A stretch of DNA of 64,000 bases from assembly GCA_036261855.1 (NCBI GenBank), contig DATAKA010000120.1, forward strand, positions 35,893 through 99,892, given 5' to 3'. Positions 21,672-32,775 of this stretch are shown piece by piece (within the stretch, counting starts at the first letter, position 1; each line of letters begins with the position of its first letter). The notes under the pieces are model-generated. The model had not been told where the DNA came from, searched no databases, and saw only the letters and a program-made list of their open reading frames with translations. Both the position numbers and the translations under genes were made by a program. Source of the DNA: Phycisphaerales bacterium (GTDB taxonomy: Bacteria; Planctomycetota; Phycisphaerae; Phycisphaerales; UBA1924).

Positions 21672-23386
21672 TGCTTCGCGAGGTTGCGGTACACGACGAA
21701 TGTGTAGGCCGCGAGGGCGGCGACGCCGCCCCACAGGAGGAGCAGGCCGGGTGCGCCGACGGTGCGGGTCATCTGCTGGCCGCCGGAGATCGTGACCAGG
21801 CAGGCGAGGGCGGGGAAGAACGTCCACAGGTAGATCGTGAGCGGCATGCTGCGCGAGAGGCGCAGCGCGGCGACCGCGCCGGTGATGCTCATGACAAAGC
21901 AGCTCGCGGCCATGGCCATGCGCTCGTGGGTTTTCGCGAGCACGTCGCGGCGCATCTGGGTGATCTGGCGAGCGAGCTTCTTGGACCGCGTGTCCACCTC
22001 CGCGTCTTCGCGGACGTGCGGGGGTGCGGCCGCGACAGCGCTCACAAGCGCGGGCGCGGAGAGTGCGGCGAAAGGCTCAGCCGCGTCGGACGTGGGGCGC
22101 AGGCCGTGGAGCGCGAAGATGGTGCGCTCGGGCGAGGCGGAGAAGTCGCGTCCGCTGCGGACTTCGCGGGTGCGGGCGCTGTGCAGTTCGAGCGACATAG
22201 AGGTCCGGCCGGGGTCGCGGGCCGCGTCCGGCATGGTGAGCAGCGCGGCCTGGGCCATGGACTCGAGCGCAACTTCACTCTCGGTGCCCGAGCGCGTGTG
22301 CGACACCATCACGGCGTTGCGATCAGCGGCGGGCCTGAAGCGGACGCCGGCGGTGTCCTGCACGAGCCCTGCGGAGCGGACCACGACGGGGCGATTCTCG
22401 GGATCCAGGAGGGTGATGGTGCCGGTTGTTGCGAGGGACTGCTGCATCGCGCCAACGAGCCCGACACGCCCAACGGCGGTGGCCAGCGCCCGGCGGTCGG
22501 CGTCGATCCAGTTGATGTCCTCAGGGTGATCGCGGAGGCGGCGGAGTCGGCCGTAACTCAGGAACTTGGGGTTGTCGCGGAACAAGTTGGGCACACGGAA
22601 GACGAAGGTGGTTTCTTCGCGGAAGCCTCCGATGCCGCCGGGGTCTGCGCCGACGGCGTTGTTGAGCACCAGCACCGCAACCGACGTGTCGTCCTCCCGG
22701 GCGGAGCGGCCTGCGTCGTCCACACGGTCGGTCATGGCGGTGCCGGGGTACAGGAAGAGGGTGGCGCGCTGGGCGGTCAGCTCCTGCACCGGGCGGCTGT
22801 CGGCGTCGAGCTGGATGACACAGAAACCCGTGAAGACCACCTGGTCGAGCACGCCAGAGCCGGGCTCGGGCGGGACGCGCTGGGCACGGTCGGCGTAGAT
22901 GACGGTCTTCTCGGGGCCGTCGCCGATCATGGCGGGGCGGCCACGGTCGACATCGCTGAGGAGCACCTTTGCCAGGTCGTTGGTCACGATGCGCTGCATC
23001 TGCTTGAGGAAGAGGGGGATGACCTGCTCGTTGAGGAGCATGAGCGAGCCCGCGAGCAAGGCCGCCATGAGCACGGCCGGGGCGAGCAGGGAGCGGTGGG
23101 AGACGCCGCCGGCGTGGGCGGCGATGGCCTCGTTGTCCGCGGCGATGCGGTGGTAGACGAGCGTGCTGGCGAAGCCGCCCGCGAACGGCAGGGCATACGC
23201 CAGCATCGGCACGCAGGCGAGGGAAACAAAGAGCACGACATCGCCCGCGTCGAGCTTGCCGTCCGTCAGCGGCTGGAGCGTCGCGCCCAGGGCGGTGACG
23301 AGGACAAGCACCGCGCTCGTGAGCAGCGTGAGGCGCGCGAGGTCCGCGAGGGTTGCGCGCCAGAGCGTGAAAGGGGGACGACGCAT
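21668..23386 (-). CDS. LptF/LptG-family permease-like membrane protein
   Basis: 572 aa with three TM segments at each end flanking a large periplasmic-like domain, as in YjgP/YjgQ proteins. Called by eye only. Confidence 0.55.
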   Translation of the reverse strand: MRRPPFTLWRATLADLARLTLLTSAVLVLVTALGATLQPLTDGKLDAGDVVLFVSLACVPMLAYALPFAGGFASTLVYHRIAADNEAIAAHAGGVSHRSLLAPAVLMAALLAGSLMLLNEQVIPLFLKQMQRIVTNDLAKVLLSDVDRGRPAMIGDGPEKTVIYADRAQRVPPEPGSGVLDQVVFTGFCVIQLDADSRPVQELTAQRATLFLYPGTAMTDRVDDAGRSAREDDTSVAVLVLNNAVGADPGGIGGFREETTFVFRVPNLFRDNPKFLSYGRLRRLRDHPEDINWIDADRRALATAVGRVGLVGAMQQSLATTGTITLLDPENRPVVVRSAGLVQDTAGVRFRPAADRNAVMVSHTRSGTESEVALESMAQAALLTMPDAARDPGRTSMSLELHSARTREVRSGRDFSASPERTIFALHGLRPTSDAAEPFAALSAPALVSAVAAAPPHVREDAEVDTRSKKLARQITQMRRDVLAKTHERMAMAASCFVMSITGAVAALRLSRSMPLTIYLWTFFPALACLVTISGGQQMTRTVGAPGLLLLWGGVAALAAYTFVVYRNLAKH

Positions 23387-23430
23387 CTGGGCGGAGGGTA
23401 GAGGATCGGCGCGGGCGGCGGCGGCCCGGG

Positions 23431-25077
23431 TCAGGCTCTGCGCACTTCCACCTTGCCACCGGCGACGTCCTTCACGGCGTAGCCCATCTTCGCGAGCTGG
23501 TCGCGGATGGCATCGGAGGCGGCGAAGTCCTTCTTGGCGCGGGCGGCCTGGCGCTGGGTGAGCAGGGCTTCGACGGCGGGGTCGGGGGCGACGTTGACGT
23601 ACAAGCCAATCTCAGTCGTTGCGGACTGCGGGCGCTGGAGCGAGAGCACCCCGAGGACGTCATCGATCTGCTTCATGAGCCGGGCATCGGCCGCGACGGG
23701 CGTGGTGATCGCTCCGACCCACGCATTGACAGCGGCGATCGCTTGGGCGATGTTCAGGTCATCATCGAGCGAAGTGGCGAAGTCGTGGCGGCAGGCTGCA
23801 CGTGCGGCGGTGTTGCCCTCGTCTGTGCTCTTGGCCCCCTCGTCGGCGACGCGACGCCAGCGGTCGATCATGCGCTGGCAATCCTTCAAGCCTTGTTCAC
23901 GGAAGTCGGCATTGCTGCGGTAGTGGGTGCGGATGAGCTCGAGGCGCACGGCCGCGGGCTCGTAGCCCTTGTCGAAGAGGTCTCGCGCGGTGAAGAAGTT
24001 ACCCTTGCTCTTGCTCATCTTGGCGCCCTCCACAAAGAGGAAACGCGGGTGGAACCACATGCGTGCGAAGGAGCCGGCCTTCGGGTCCTGGTTGAAGGCG
24101 CAACAGGACTGGGCGATCTCGCACTCGTGGTGGGGGAAGATGTTGTCCTCTCCGCCGGAGTGGAGGTCGATGAGGGGCTCGCCGTTCATGACGGAAAGGG
24201 ACGCAAGGCAATCCGCGCTCGGGCTCGCTCCCGAGCCTCTTTCAGACAAACGCGAAATGCTCATCGCGGTGCACTCGATGTGCCAGCCCGGGTAGCCCGG
24301 GCCCCAGTCGCTCGCCGGGCTGTCCCACTTCATGATGTGCGAGGGGTCTTCCTTCCAGAGCAGGAAGTCGGCGGGGTGGTGTTTCTGGCTCTGGTTCTCG
24401 CCGCTGACGCGGCCACCCTCGCCCTCGCGCAGGCGGTCGAGCGTGTTGCCCGAGAGGCGGCCGTAGGGCGTGAACTTCTGCACGTCGAAGTAGACGACGC
24501 GCTGGCCCGGAGTTCCGGCGGTGTAGGCGTAGCCCAGGTGGAGCAGCCGCTTGATGACCGCTTTCATCCCTTCGATGTTGTCGGTGGCGCGGGGCGTGAG
24601 CGATGGGTCTGTGTCGGCGTCGAGCACGAGCTTCAGGCCCAGTGTGCGTGCGTCGTCCTTGAACCGGCCTTCGTAGAAGCGTGCGATCTGGTATGGGTCG
24701 CTCGGGTCCACCTTCGCGTCGGCGGGGAGCTTGCCGGACTTTTTGGCCTCGGCAATCCGGCGGCCCGCAACGGCCATGCGGTCCTCGCCCTGCTCGCCAC
24801 CCTCGGCGTCGTCGGTCATGTGGCCCACATCAGTGATGTTCATCACGTGGGTCACGCGGCGGGCGTGACTGGATGTGTCGGTGTCGTTCTCAAGCTCGCA
24901 GAGGGGGCTCTCGATCCAGCGGCGCAGGAGGTCGGCGGCGAGGAACGAGCGGAAGTTGCCGATGTGCGCGTCGTCGTAGACGGTGGGTCCGCAGGAGTAG
25001 AAAGTGATGTGTGAGGGGTCACCGGGCCGGAAGGGCTCGACCTTGCGGGTGAGCGTGTTGTAGAGGCGGAGGGGCAT
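23431..25077 (-). CDS. cysS: Cysteine--tRNA ligase
   Basis: HIGNFR (HIGH motif), KMSKSKGN (KMSKS motif), GWHIEC and FPHHECEIAQS. Confidence 0.95.
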   Translation of the reverse strand: MPLRLYNTLTRKVEPFRPGDPSHITFYSCGPTVYDDAHIGNFRSFLAADLLRRWIESPLCELENDTDTSSHARRVTHVMNITDVGHMTDDAEGGEQGEDRMAVAGRRIAEAKKSGKLPADAKVDPSDPYQIARFYEGRFKDDARTLGLKLVLDADTDPSLTPRATDNIEGMKAVIKRLLHLGYAYTAGTPGQRVVYFDVQKFTPYGRLSGNTLDRLREGEGGRVSGENQSQKHHPADFLLWKEDPSHIMKWDSPASDWGPGYPGWHIECTAMSISRLSERGSGASPSADCLASLSVMNGEPLIDLHSGGEDNIFPHHECEIAQSCCAFNQDPKAGSFARMWFHPRFLFVEGAKMSKSKGNFFTARDLFDKGYEPAAVRLELIRTHYRSNADFREQGLKDCQRMIDRWRRVADEGAKSTDEGNTAARAACRHDFATSLDDDLNIAQAIAAVNAWVGAITTPVAADARLMKQIDDVLGVLSLQRPQSATTEIGLYVNVAPDPAVEALLTQRQAARAKKDFAASDAIRDQLAKMGYAVKDVAGGKVEVRRA

Positions 25078-25104
25078 GGGGGATTATTGGTGGCGGCAGG
25101 GATG

Positions 25105-25273
25105 GAACCACGAAGGCACGAAGAGCACGAAGAAATCAGAGACACGAGAACAGAGAGCGGAGAGTTGGAAGCTGGAGTGCTAAACCAGTGGACAACAGCC
25201 GCTCATGTCTCTGCTTTCCACCGTCTGATCTCTCCTTTCTTTCCCCTTCGTGTTCTTCGTGCCTTCGTGGTTC
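25105..25273. repeat. 169-nt element bounded by 28-bp terminal inverted repeats (27/28 match), each arm built from three CACGAAG heptamers
   Basis: GAACCACGAAGGCACGAAGAGCACGAAG (25105-25132) against CTTCGTGTTCTTCGTGCCTTCGTGGTTC (25246-25273). The interior is visibly lower in GC. It lies between the DAHP synthase stop and the cysS start. Confidence 0.7.
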
Positions 25274-25281
25274 AGAGACTC

Positions 25282-26664
25282 TCACCGCCCGCCGAATGTC
25301 CGCGCGATGAGGAACGCCATCTCGAGCGCCTGCTGGTAGTTGAGGCGCGGGTCGCATGCGCTGGAGTAGTTGATCGCCAGGTCCTGCTCGCTGGTGCCCA
25401 AAGCTCCGCCGGTGCATTCGGTGACATCTTCGCCGGTCAGTTCAAAGTGGACGCCGCCAAGGACGACTCCCTCCTGCTTGTGCGCGGCGTGGCTCTGCGT
25501 GACCTCGTGGAGGATGTCGTCGAAGGAGCGGGTCTTGACGCCCGAGGCGGTGGTGCGCGTGTTGCCGTGCATGGGGTCACACATCCACAGGCAGCGGACG
25601 CCGCCATCGCGCGTGGCGCGGAGGAGTGGGGGGAGTGCGTCGGCGACTTTCGCGGACCCCATGCGAGCGATGAGCACAAGCTTGCCAGCCTCGTTGGCCG
25701 GGTTCAGCACGCGTGCCAGGGAGAGCACTTCGTCGGGCGTTGCGGACGGCCCGAGCTTGACGCCCACGGGGTTGCCGATGCCGCGGAAGTACTCGACGTG
25801 GGCGCCGTCCAGGTGGCGCGTGCGTTCGCCCAGCCAGGGCATGTGCGTGCTGAGGTTGAAGACGCCGTCGCGCCGGGGCACGGGGCGGGTCTGGGCGCTT
25901 TCGTACCAGAGGCTGAGCCCCTCGTGGCTGGTGAAGAACTCGACGCGCGTGAGGTCGTCCACGGTCTTCTCGCCCAGGGCCTCCATGAAGCGCAGGCCGT
26001 CGGCGAGGCTGTCCTTCATGCGCTCGTACTCGCTGCGGAGCGCGGGCGCGAGCCCGGCGTGGCGCATGAAAGAAAGGTCCCAGTACTCCGGGTGGTGGAG
26101 GTCGGCGAAGCCGCCGTCCACCAGTGCGCGCACGAAGTTCAGGGTGAGGGCCGAGTGCTTGTACGCGCGGACGAGGAGTGTGGGGTCGGGCGTGCGCGAG
26201 GCGGCGTCGAACGCGGGGCGGTTGATGAGATCGCCGAAGTAGGAGGGCAGGGTGACGCCGTTCCTGGTCTCGGTTGTGCTGCTTCGGGGCTTGGCGTACT
26301 GCCCCGCGAAGCGGCCGACGCGCAGGATGGGCATCTTGAGCCCATGGACGAGGACCATCGACATTTGCAGGAGGATTTTGAGCTTGTTGGCGATGATGGT
26401 GGAGTTGCACTCCGCGAGGGACTCGGCGCAGTCGCCACCCTGGAGCACGAAGCGCTTGCCCTGCTCGGCCTGCGCGAGGAACTGCCGAAGTCGGGCAACT
26501 TCCCAGCTGGTGACCAGCGGAGGCAGCGAGCGCAGTTCCGTGAATGATCGGTCGAGCGCGGCGGCGTCGGGGTATGCCACTTCCTGGGCGTAGGGCTTGC
26601 TGCGCCAGGAGTCGGGGGTCCAAAGGGTGGTTGGCGTGGTTGGTTGTGTCACCGCGGCAAGCAT
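25282..26664 (-). CDS. Class II 3-deoxy-7-phosphoheptulonate (DAHP) synthase
   Basis: 460 aa. N-terminal WRSKPYAQEVAYPD, and the overall length and blocks typical of plant-like class II DAHP synthases. Confidence 0.88.
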   Translation of the reverse strand: MLAAVTQPTTPTTLWTPDSWRSKPYAQEVAYPDAAALDRSFTELRSLPPLVTSWEVARLRQFLAQAEQGKRFVLQGGDCAESLAECNSTIIANKLKILLQMSMVLVHGLKMPILRVGRFAGQYAKPRSSTTETRNGVTLPSYFGDLINRPAFDAASRTPDPTLLVRAYKHSALTLNFVRALVDGGFADLHHPEYWDLSFMRHAGLAPALRSEYERMKDSLADGLRFMEALGEKTVDDLTRVEFFTSHEGLSLWYESAQTRPVPRRDGVFNLSTHMPWLGERTRHLDGAHVEYFRGIGNPVGVKLGPSATPDEVLSLARVLNPANEAGKLVLIARMGSAKVADALPPLLRATRDGGVRCLWMCDPMHGNTRTTASGVKTRSFDDILHEVTQSHAAHKQEGVVLGGVHFELTGEDVTECTGGALGTSEQDLAINYSSACDPRLNYQQALEMAFLIARTFGGR

Positions 26665-26703
26665 AGAAAGGGCCGCGCGGGTCGGTGCAATCTGGCGATT
26701 GGA

Positions 26704-27858
26704 TCAGCCGCGGGCAGGGTGGGCGGCGTGCAGGCCCTCGTGGACGCGCCAGAAGTGGTCGAAGGACCGCTGCATGGAAAAGTCCTGCATGAACTCGTGG
26801 GCGGCTTCGCCCATGCGGCGGCGGAGAGGTTCATTGGTGGCGAGGGCCACGATATGGTCGACCCAGAGAGCGTCGTTGTGCGCGGGGAGGACGAAGCCGG
26901 TGACGCCTTCGCGCACCACTTCCTTTGGTCCGCCCTGGTCGGTCACGAGCACCGGCAGGCCGCTCGCCTGACTCTCCATCACCACCTGGCCCAGCGTGTC
27001 GGTGGTGCTGGGGAAGACAAAGAAGTGTGCACCGGCGTAGAGGGCGGAGAGTTCCTCTCCGTATCGGAAGCCCAGGAAACGTGTGCGCGTCGCACGGAGA
27101 TCGTCGGCCATCTGGGCCCGGTAGGGGCCATCACCGATGATGTTCAGTTCGGCTCGGATGCCGCGGCTCTGCAGGGCGCGGTCGGCGAGGCGCCACACGC
27201 GGGCGAGCATGGGGAGGTTCTTCTCCACGCTGACGCGTCCGACGTACACGAGACGGATGGTGCCGGAGGGGCTGCCCAGGCTGGTCCATGCGGCCTCGTT
27301 GCGGAAGCGCGGGTGGAACTCCTCGGTGCGGATGCCAGGGCGCAGGGTGTGCAGGACCGCGCGCGGCATGCCGAGCTTTTCAAGGCTTGCGCCGTAGTCA
27401 TCGCTGCGCGTAAATACGGCGCGGAATGCCCGGTAGAACGTCCGCATGTACTGCTCGCAGCCCGCGGTGAGCGACTCGTTGTGGAAGAGCTTGTCGATGT
27501 AGGCGGGGAAGTCTGTGTGGTAGACGCCTGCAACGGGCACACCGAGCTTTTTCGCGGCCATGCGCCCCACAAGGCCCACGCTGCCCGGGGTGGAAATGTG
27601 GATCACGTCCGGTCGGTGTTCGCGGGCGAGTCGCATCATCTTCAGGGCGGGCGGGAAGGCCAGTTCGAGGTTCTCGTACTTGGGCATCTTCGTCGCGTAG
27701 AGCGGGCGCACGTTCATGATGTTGGGGCGATCGGGCACATCGAAGTTGGTGCTGGTGATGACCGTTAGTTCTCGGTTGCCGGCGAGGGCTTGGTCCGCGG
27801 CGTTGCGGATGAAGCGGGAGACGCCGTTGACGTCGCCCAGGGTGTCGGTAAAGAGCAT
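26704..27858 (-). CDS. Glycosyltransferase, GT-B fold (GT4-like)
   Basis: N-terminal MLFTDTLGDVNGVSRF, and a C-terminal FVFPSTTDTLGQVVMESQASGLPV (EX7E-like region). Confidence 0.8.
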   Translation of the reverse strand: MLFTDTLGDVNGVSRFIRNAADQALAGNRELTVITSTNFDVPDRPNIMNVRPLYATKMPKYENLELAFPPALKMMRLAREHRPDVIHISTPGSVGLVGRMAAKKLGVPVAGVYHTDFPAYIDKLFHNESLTAGCEQYMRTFYRAFRAVFTRSDDYGASLEKLGMPRAVLHTLRPGIRTEEFHPRFRNEAAWTSLGSPSGTIRLVYVGRVSVEKNLPMLARVWRLADRALQSRGIRAELNIIGDGPYRAQMADDLRATRTRFLGFRYGEELSALYAGAHFFVFPSTTDTLGQVVMESQASGLPVLVTDQGGPKEVVREGVTGFVLPAHNDALWVDHIVALATNEPLRRRMGEAAHEFMQDFSMQRSFDHFWRVHEGLHAAHPARG

Positions 27859-28015
27859 GACGCGCACGGTGGACTCCTTGGCGCGGCTCCGAGCCTGCTT
27901 CCGAGCCCGCAGCGTATGGATCGGACGTTGACAGCCCGGGCGATGCGGCGCGGTTGTGAAGATCGCGCACAGCGGCGGCTCTTCAGGATTGGGGTACTTC
28001 CGGTACACTTGGGCC

Positions 28016-28570
28016 ATGACCAAGCACGTCGCCGTCTATCCCGGCTCGTTCGACCCCATCACACTCGGCCACCTGGATGTGATTTCTCGTGGCCGCAAGC
28101 TGTTTGACGAGCTCATCGTGGCGATCGGCCGCAATCCGGGCAAGGACCCCCTCTTCAGCGACGAGGAACGCGTGGACATGGCCCAGCGGCTCATCGCCGA
28201 GATGGTGAAGAAGAACCCGCACGACGCCCCGGTGACCGTGCGGGCCTTTTCGGGGCTGACAGTGGACTTTGCGAAGGACGTCGGTGCGAACGTGCTGCTG
28301 CGGGGCGTGCGGAACTTGTCAGACCTGCAGAACGAGGTGCAGCAGGCGGTGACGAACCGTGAGGTGGCTGGTCTGGAGACGGCGTTTGTCGTCGCGGGGC
28401 AGAGTTTTTCGTACACCAGCAGCAGCCTGATCCGGCAGATCACAGCGATGGGCGATGACCTTGCGGCGCTGACGCACCTGTGCCCGCCCATCGTGATCGA
28501 TGCGCTGCGCAGGAAGAAGCTCGAGCGCCACCCGGCGCTGGAACGCCTCCGCGTCGACAAGGAAGAATGA
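28016..28570 (+). CDS. coaD: Phosphopantetheine adenylyltransferase
   Basis: AVYPGSFDPITLGHLDVI (T/HxGH motif), with typical length and a SSSLIRQ block. Confidence 0.92.
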   Translation: MTKHVAVYPGSFDPITLGHLDVISRGRKLFDELIVAIGRNPGKDPLFSDEERVDMAQRLIAEMVKKNPHDAPVTVRAFSGLTVDFAKDVGANVLLRGVRNLSDLQNEVQQAVTNREVAGLETAFVVAGQSFSYTSSSLIRQITAMGDDLAALTHLCPPIVIDALRRKKLERHPALERLRVDKEE

Positions 28571-28632
28571 AACCGGCGACACGGGCACGCACCCCTGCCG
28601 CCAGAAGGTTGGATCAACGAAACCCGGGGTAG

Positions 28633-29811
28633 CTACTTCTCGAACTCATACCCCTCGTCCGCGGCCTGCTTGTCGATGGCGGCGATGAGGGCTTCGCCCA
28701 GCGTCAGTTCACCCGGCTGGCCCTTGGCCTTCTTTGCCTTGTCCTGCTCGATGAAAGCGAGCCGCTGCTTGTTGAGCTCGCCGATGCGCTTGCTGATGGT
28801 GTCGCGCCGGGCGAGCATGTCGCGTACGTGCTTCTCGCGGTTCTCGGCGTCCATTGTCTGCATTTCTGCGGGCAGGTCTTTGGCGTCCACTTTCTTCAGG
28901 TCTATCTTGCCCTCCTTGACGGCGTCCACAAGGTCCCAGTGCGAGTTGCGGTACTGGCCCTCGCTCTTGGACACCGCCCGGGCGGGCATGGCCGCGGGGG
29001 CTGACTTGTTCTTCTCGTCCATCGCCTGCTGGCGCTCCTGCCCTGCAAAGCCGGCATCGCCGTAGGGCACGTAGGTCGTGTTGATCTCCGAGCCCAGCCG
29101 CACAATCTCGTCGTCGAACGGCGTTGCGCACGTGTCGATCGGGGCGTTCTGGTCGATGTTGCCGAAGGAACCACGCCCCAAGGTCGCACCGTCCGCCCAC
29201 TTGGTGGCGACACCCTCCTCCCGCCCGCCGCAGAAGATGGTGTTGATCTTGACACCTTTGTTCACCGCATCGGCGATCGCTTCGCTGTAATGGACATCTC
29301 CCTGGGTAAATGGCTCGTTGCCGGCGATGACGACCATGGAAAGATCGCCCGGCTCGCGGGACCAGTCCAAGTCAGCGACGGCCCGCTTGATGACCGCGCC
29401 GCAGTACTCATCGCCACCGTTGGTCGTGAGACTGAACAGCTTCTCGCTCAAGAGGTCCAGGTCCGTGGTGAAGGGCAGCACCTGGCGCACGTACCCCTCG
29501 CTGGGCTTGAGGCTGTTGTTGCCGTACTCGTAGAGCGCGATGCGCAGGTCGGGCCGCACGCCGCCGCGGCAGGACTTCCCGAAGCGGTTGACGAGGGTCC
29601 AGACCTGGCTCTTCGCCTGCGCGATCAGACCGTCCATGCTGTTGCTGGTGTCGAGCAGCACGGCGATGCGGACCACCGGCCGACGCACGGGCTTGCCGTC
29701 CACCACCGGTGTAGGGGCGTCGGCCGGTGGGCACGCGGCGGCGCCGGGCAATGCCGCGCCGGTGAGCAGAAGCAGGCCGACGACCGAACGATGGATGACA
29801 GTGCTGCGCAT
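28633..29811 (-). CDS. Secreted von Willebrand factor A domain protein
   Basis: Signal peptide, a MIDAS-like DTSNSM motif, and a charged helical C-terminal tail. Confidence 0.75.
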   Translation of the reverse strand: MRSTVIHRSVVGLLLLTGAALPGAAACPPADAPTPVVDGKPVRRPVVRIAVLLDTSNSMDGLIAQAKSQVWTLVNRFGKSCRGGVRPDLRIALYEYGNNSLKPSEGYVRQVLPFTTDLDLLSEKLFSLTTNGGDEYCGAVIKRAVADLDWSREPGDLSMVVIAGNEPFTQGDVHYSEAIADAVNKGVKINTIFCGGREEGVATKWADGATLGRGSFGNIDQNAPIDTCATPFDDEIVRLGSEINTTYVPYGDAGFAGQERQQAMDEKNKSAPAAMPARAVSKSEGQYRNSHWDLVDAVKEGKIDLKKVDAKDLPAEMQTMDAENREKHVRDMLARRDTISKRIGELNKQRLAFIEQDKAKKAKGQPGELTLGEALIAAIDKQAADEGYEFEK

Positions 29812-30088
29812 GATGGGCTCCTGGGGATGTGCGGGCGATGGCCCGCGTCACACTCGCCGCGCGGGTTTCCGCCCGCACACAAGGTGATACTCCCCAGATC
29901 GGCCACGGATCGTCACGCGGGTGTCACCCGTCCCTGTGGTGCGCAACGCCCGTGTCACACCGGGGATCGGGTGCGATCGGCGTGCGCCTCAAGCGAACAG
30001 CGAATGGCTAGTTATGCAGAACGTCGTGGTTCCATTCCGCCCACTACCATTGCGCGGAGAGGCCGAGTGCCTGGAAAGGGACGTTGCC

Positions 30089-31069
30089 ATGACGATGACG
30101 CAGACTGACACGACCAAGACCTCCGAACGCCGCCTCGCGAGCCTGTGGCCCGCGCCGCAGGAGATCGGCGAGCGCCCGCTCGTGTGGGTGAACGGTCGCC
30201 TGGTGCCCAAGAACCAGGCTGTCGTCAGCGTGTACGACCACGGCCTGCTCTACGGCGACGGCGTCTTCGAGGGCATCCGCGTCTATCGCGGCAAGATCTT
30301 CAAGTGCAAGCAGCACGTGGACCGGCTCTACGCCTGCGCCGCGAAGATCCACCTGAGCATCCCGATCACGCCCGACGAGATGGTGATGATCCAGCGTCAG
30401 TGCATCGAGGCCAACAACCTCACCGAGGGCTACATCCGCCTGGTGGTGTCCCGCGGCTACGGCACGCTGGGGCTGGACCCGCGCCGCTGCCCCATGCCCG
30501 GCATCATCTGCATCGCCGACCAGATCAGCCTGTACCCCAAGGAGTTCTACGAGACGGGCATGCGCGTCGTCGTCGCGAAGCGTCCCAAGACGCCCCGCGA
30601 GTGCCTGGACCCGCGCGTCAAGAGCCTGAACTACCTGAACAACATCCTCGCAAAGGTTGAGGCGATCAACGCCGGCTGCGACGAGGCGATTATGCTGTCC
30701 ACCGACGGTTTCGTCACCGAGTGCACGGGCGACAACCTGTTCGTCATCAAGGGCGGTGTTGTCTACACGCCGCCCCACACCACCGGCAACTCAGGTAGCC
30801 TCGAGGGCATCACCGAGCGGTTCGTCCGCGAGGAGCTTGTCCCGATGTGCGGCTACAAGTGCGTCGTGAAGGAAATGCGGCTGGACGACGTCTACGCCGC
30901 CGACGAGGTGTTTCTCACGGGTACCGCCGCGGAGATGATCGCCGTCAACGAGGTGGACGATCAGAACGGCGGCCGCCACCGCATCAGCCAGGGCGAGGGG
31001 CCGGTCACCAAGAAGCTGCGGATGAAGTTCCGCGAGATCGTGACCAGCGACAACGTGCCCGAGAACTAA
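30089..31069 (+). CDS. ilvE: Branched-chain amino acid aminotransferase (fold type IV)
   Basis: SVYDHGLLYGDGVFEGIR..., the KSLNYLNNILA lysine block, and LTGTAAE. Confidence 0.88.
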   Translation: MTMTQTDTTKTSERRLASLWPAPQEIGERPLVWVNGRLVPKNQAVVSVYDHGLLYGDGVFEGIRVYRGKIFKCKQHVDRLYACAAKIHLSIPITPDEMVMIQRQCIEANNLTEGYIRLVVSRGYGTLGLDPRRCPMPGIICIADQISLYPKEFYETGMRVVVAKRPKTPRECLDPRVKSLNYLNNILAKVEAINAGCDEAIMLSTDGFVTECTGDNLFVIKGGVVYTPPHTTGNSGSLEGITERFVREELVPMCGYKCVVKEMRLDDVYAADEVFLTGTAAEMIAVNEVDDQNGGRHRISQGEGPVTKKLRMKFREIVTSDNVPEN

Positions 31070-31127
31070 AGCGGCGGAGCCGAGTCCGTAGAGTTCGGTC
31101 CACGCTCCGAAGCGGGTATCGTTCCTC

Positions 31128-32753
<1,626 letters not shown>

Positions 32754-32775
32754 GCCGCGTCAGCAGGCGAACAAT

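Noticed and set aside
28633-29811. The vWA protein as the cohesin-like receptor for the dockerin modules, or as part of a vWA-MoxR-type system
   Set aside because: There is no adjacent AAA+ MoxR gene, no cohesin-like repeats, and the gene lies among housekeeping genes. There is no evidence beyond it being secreted.
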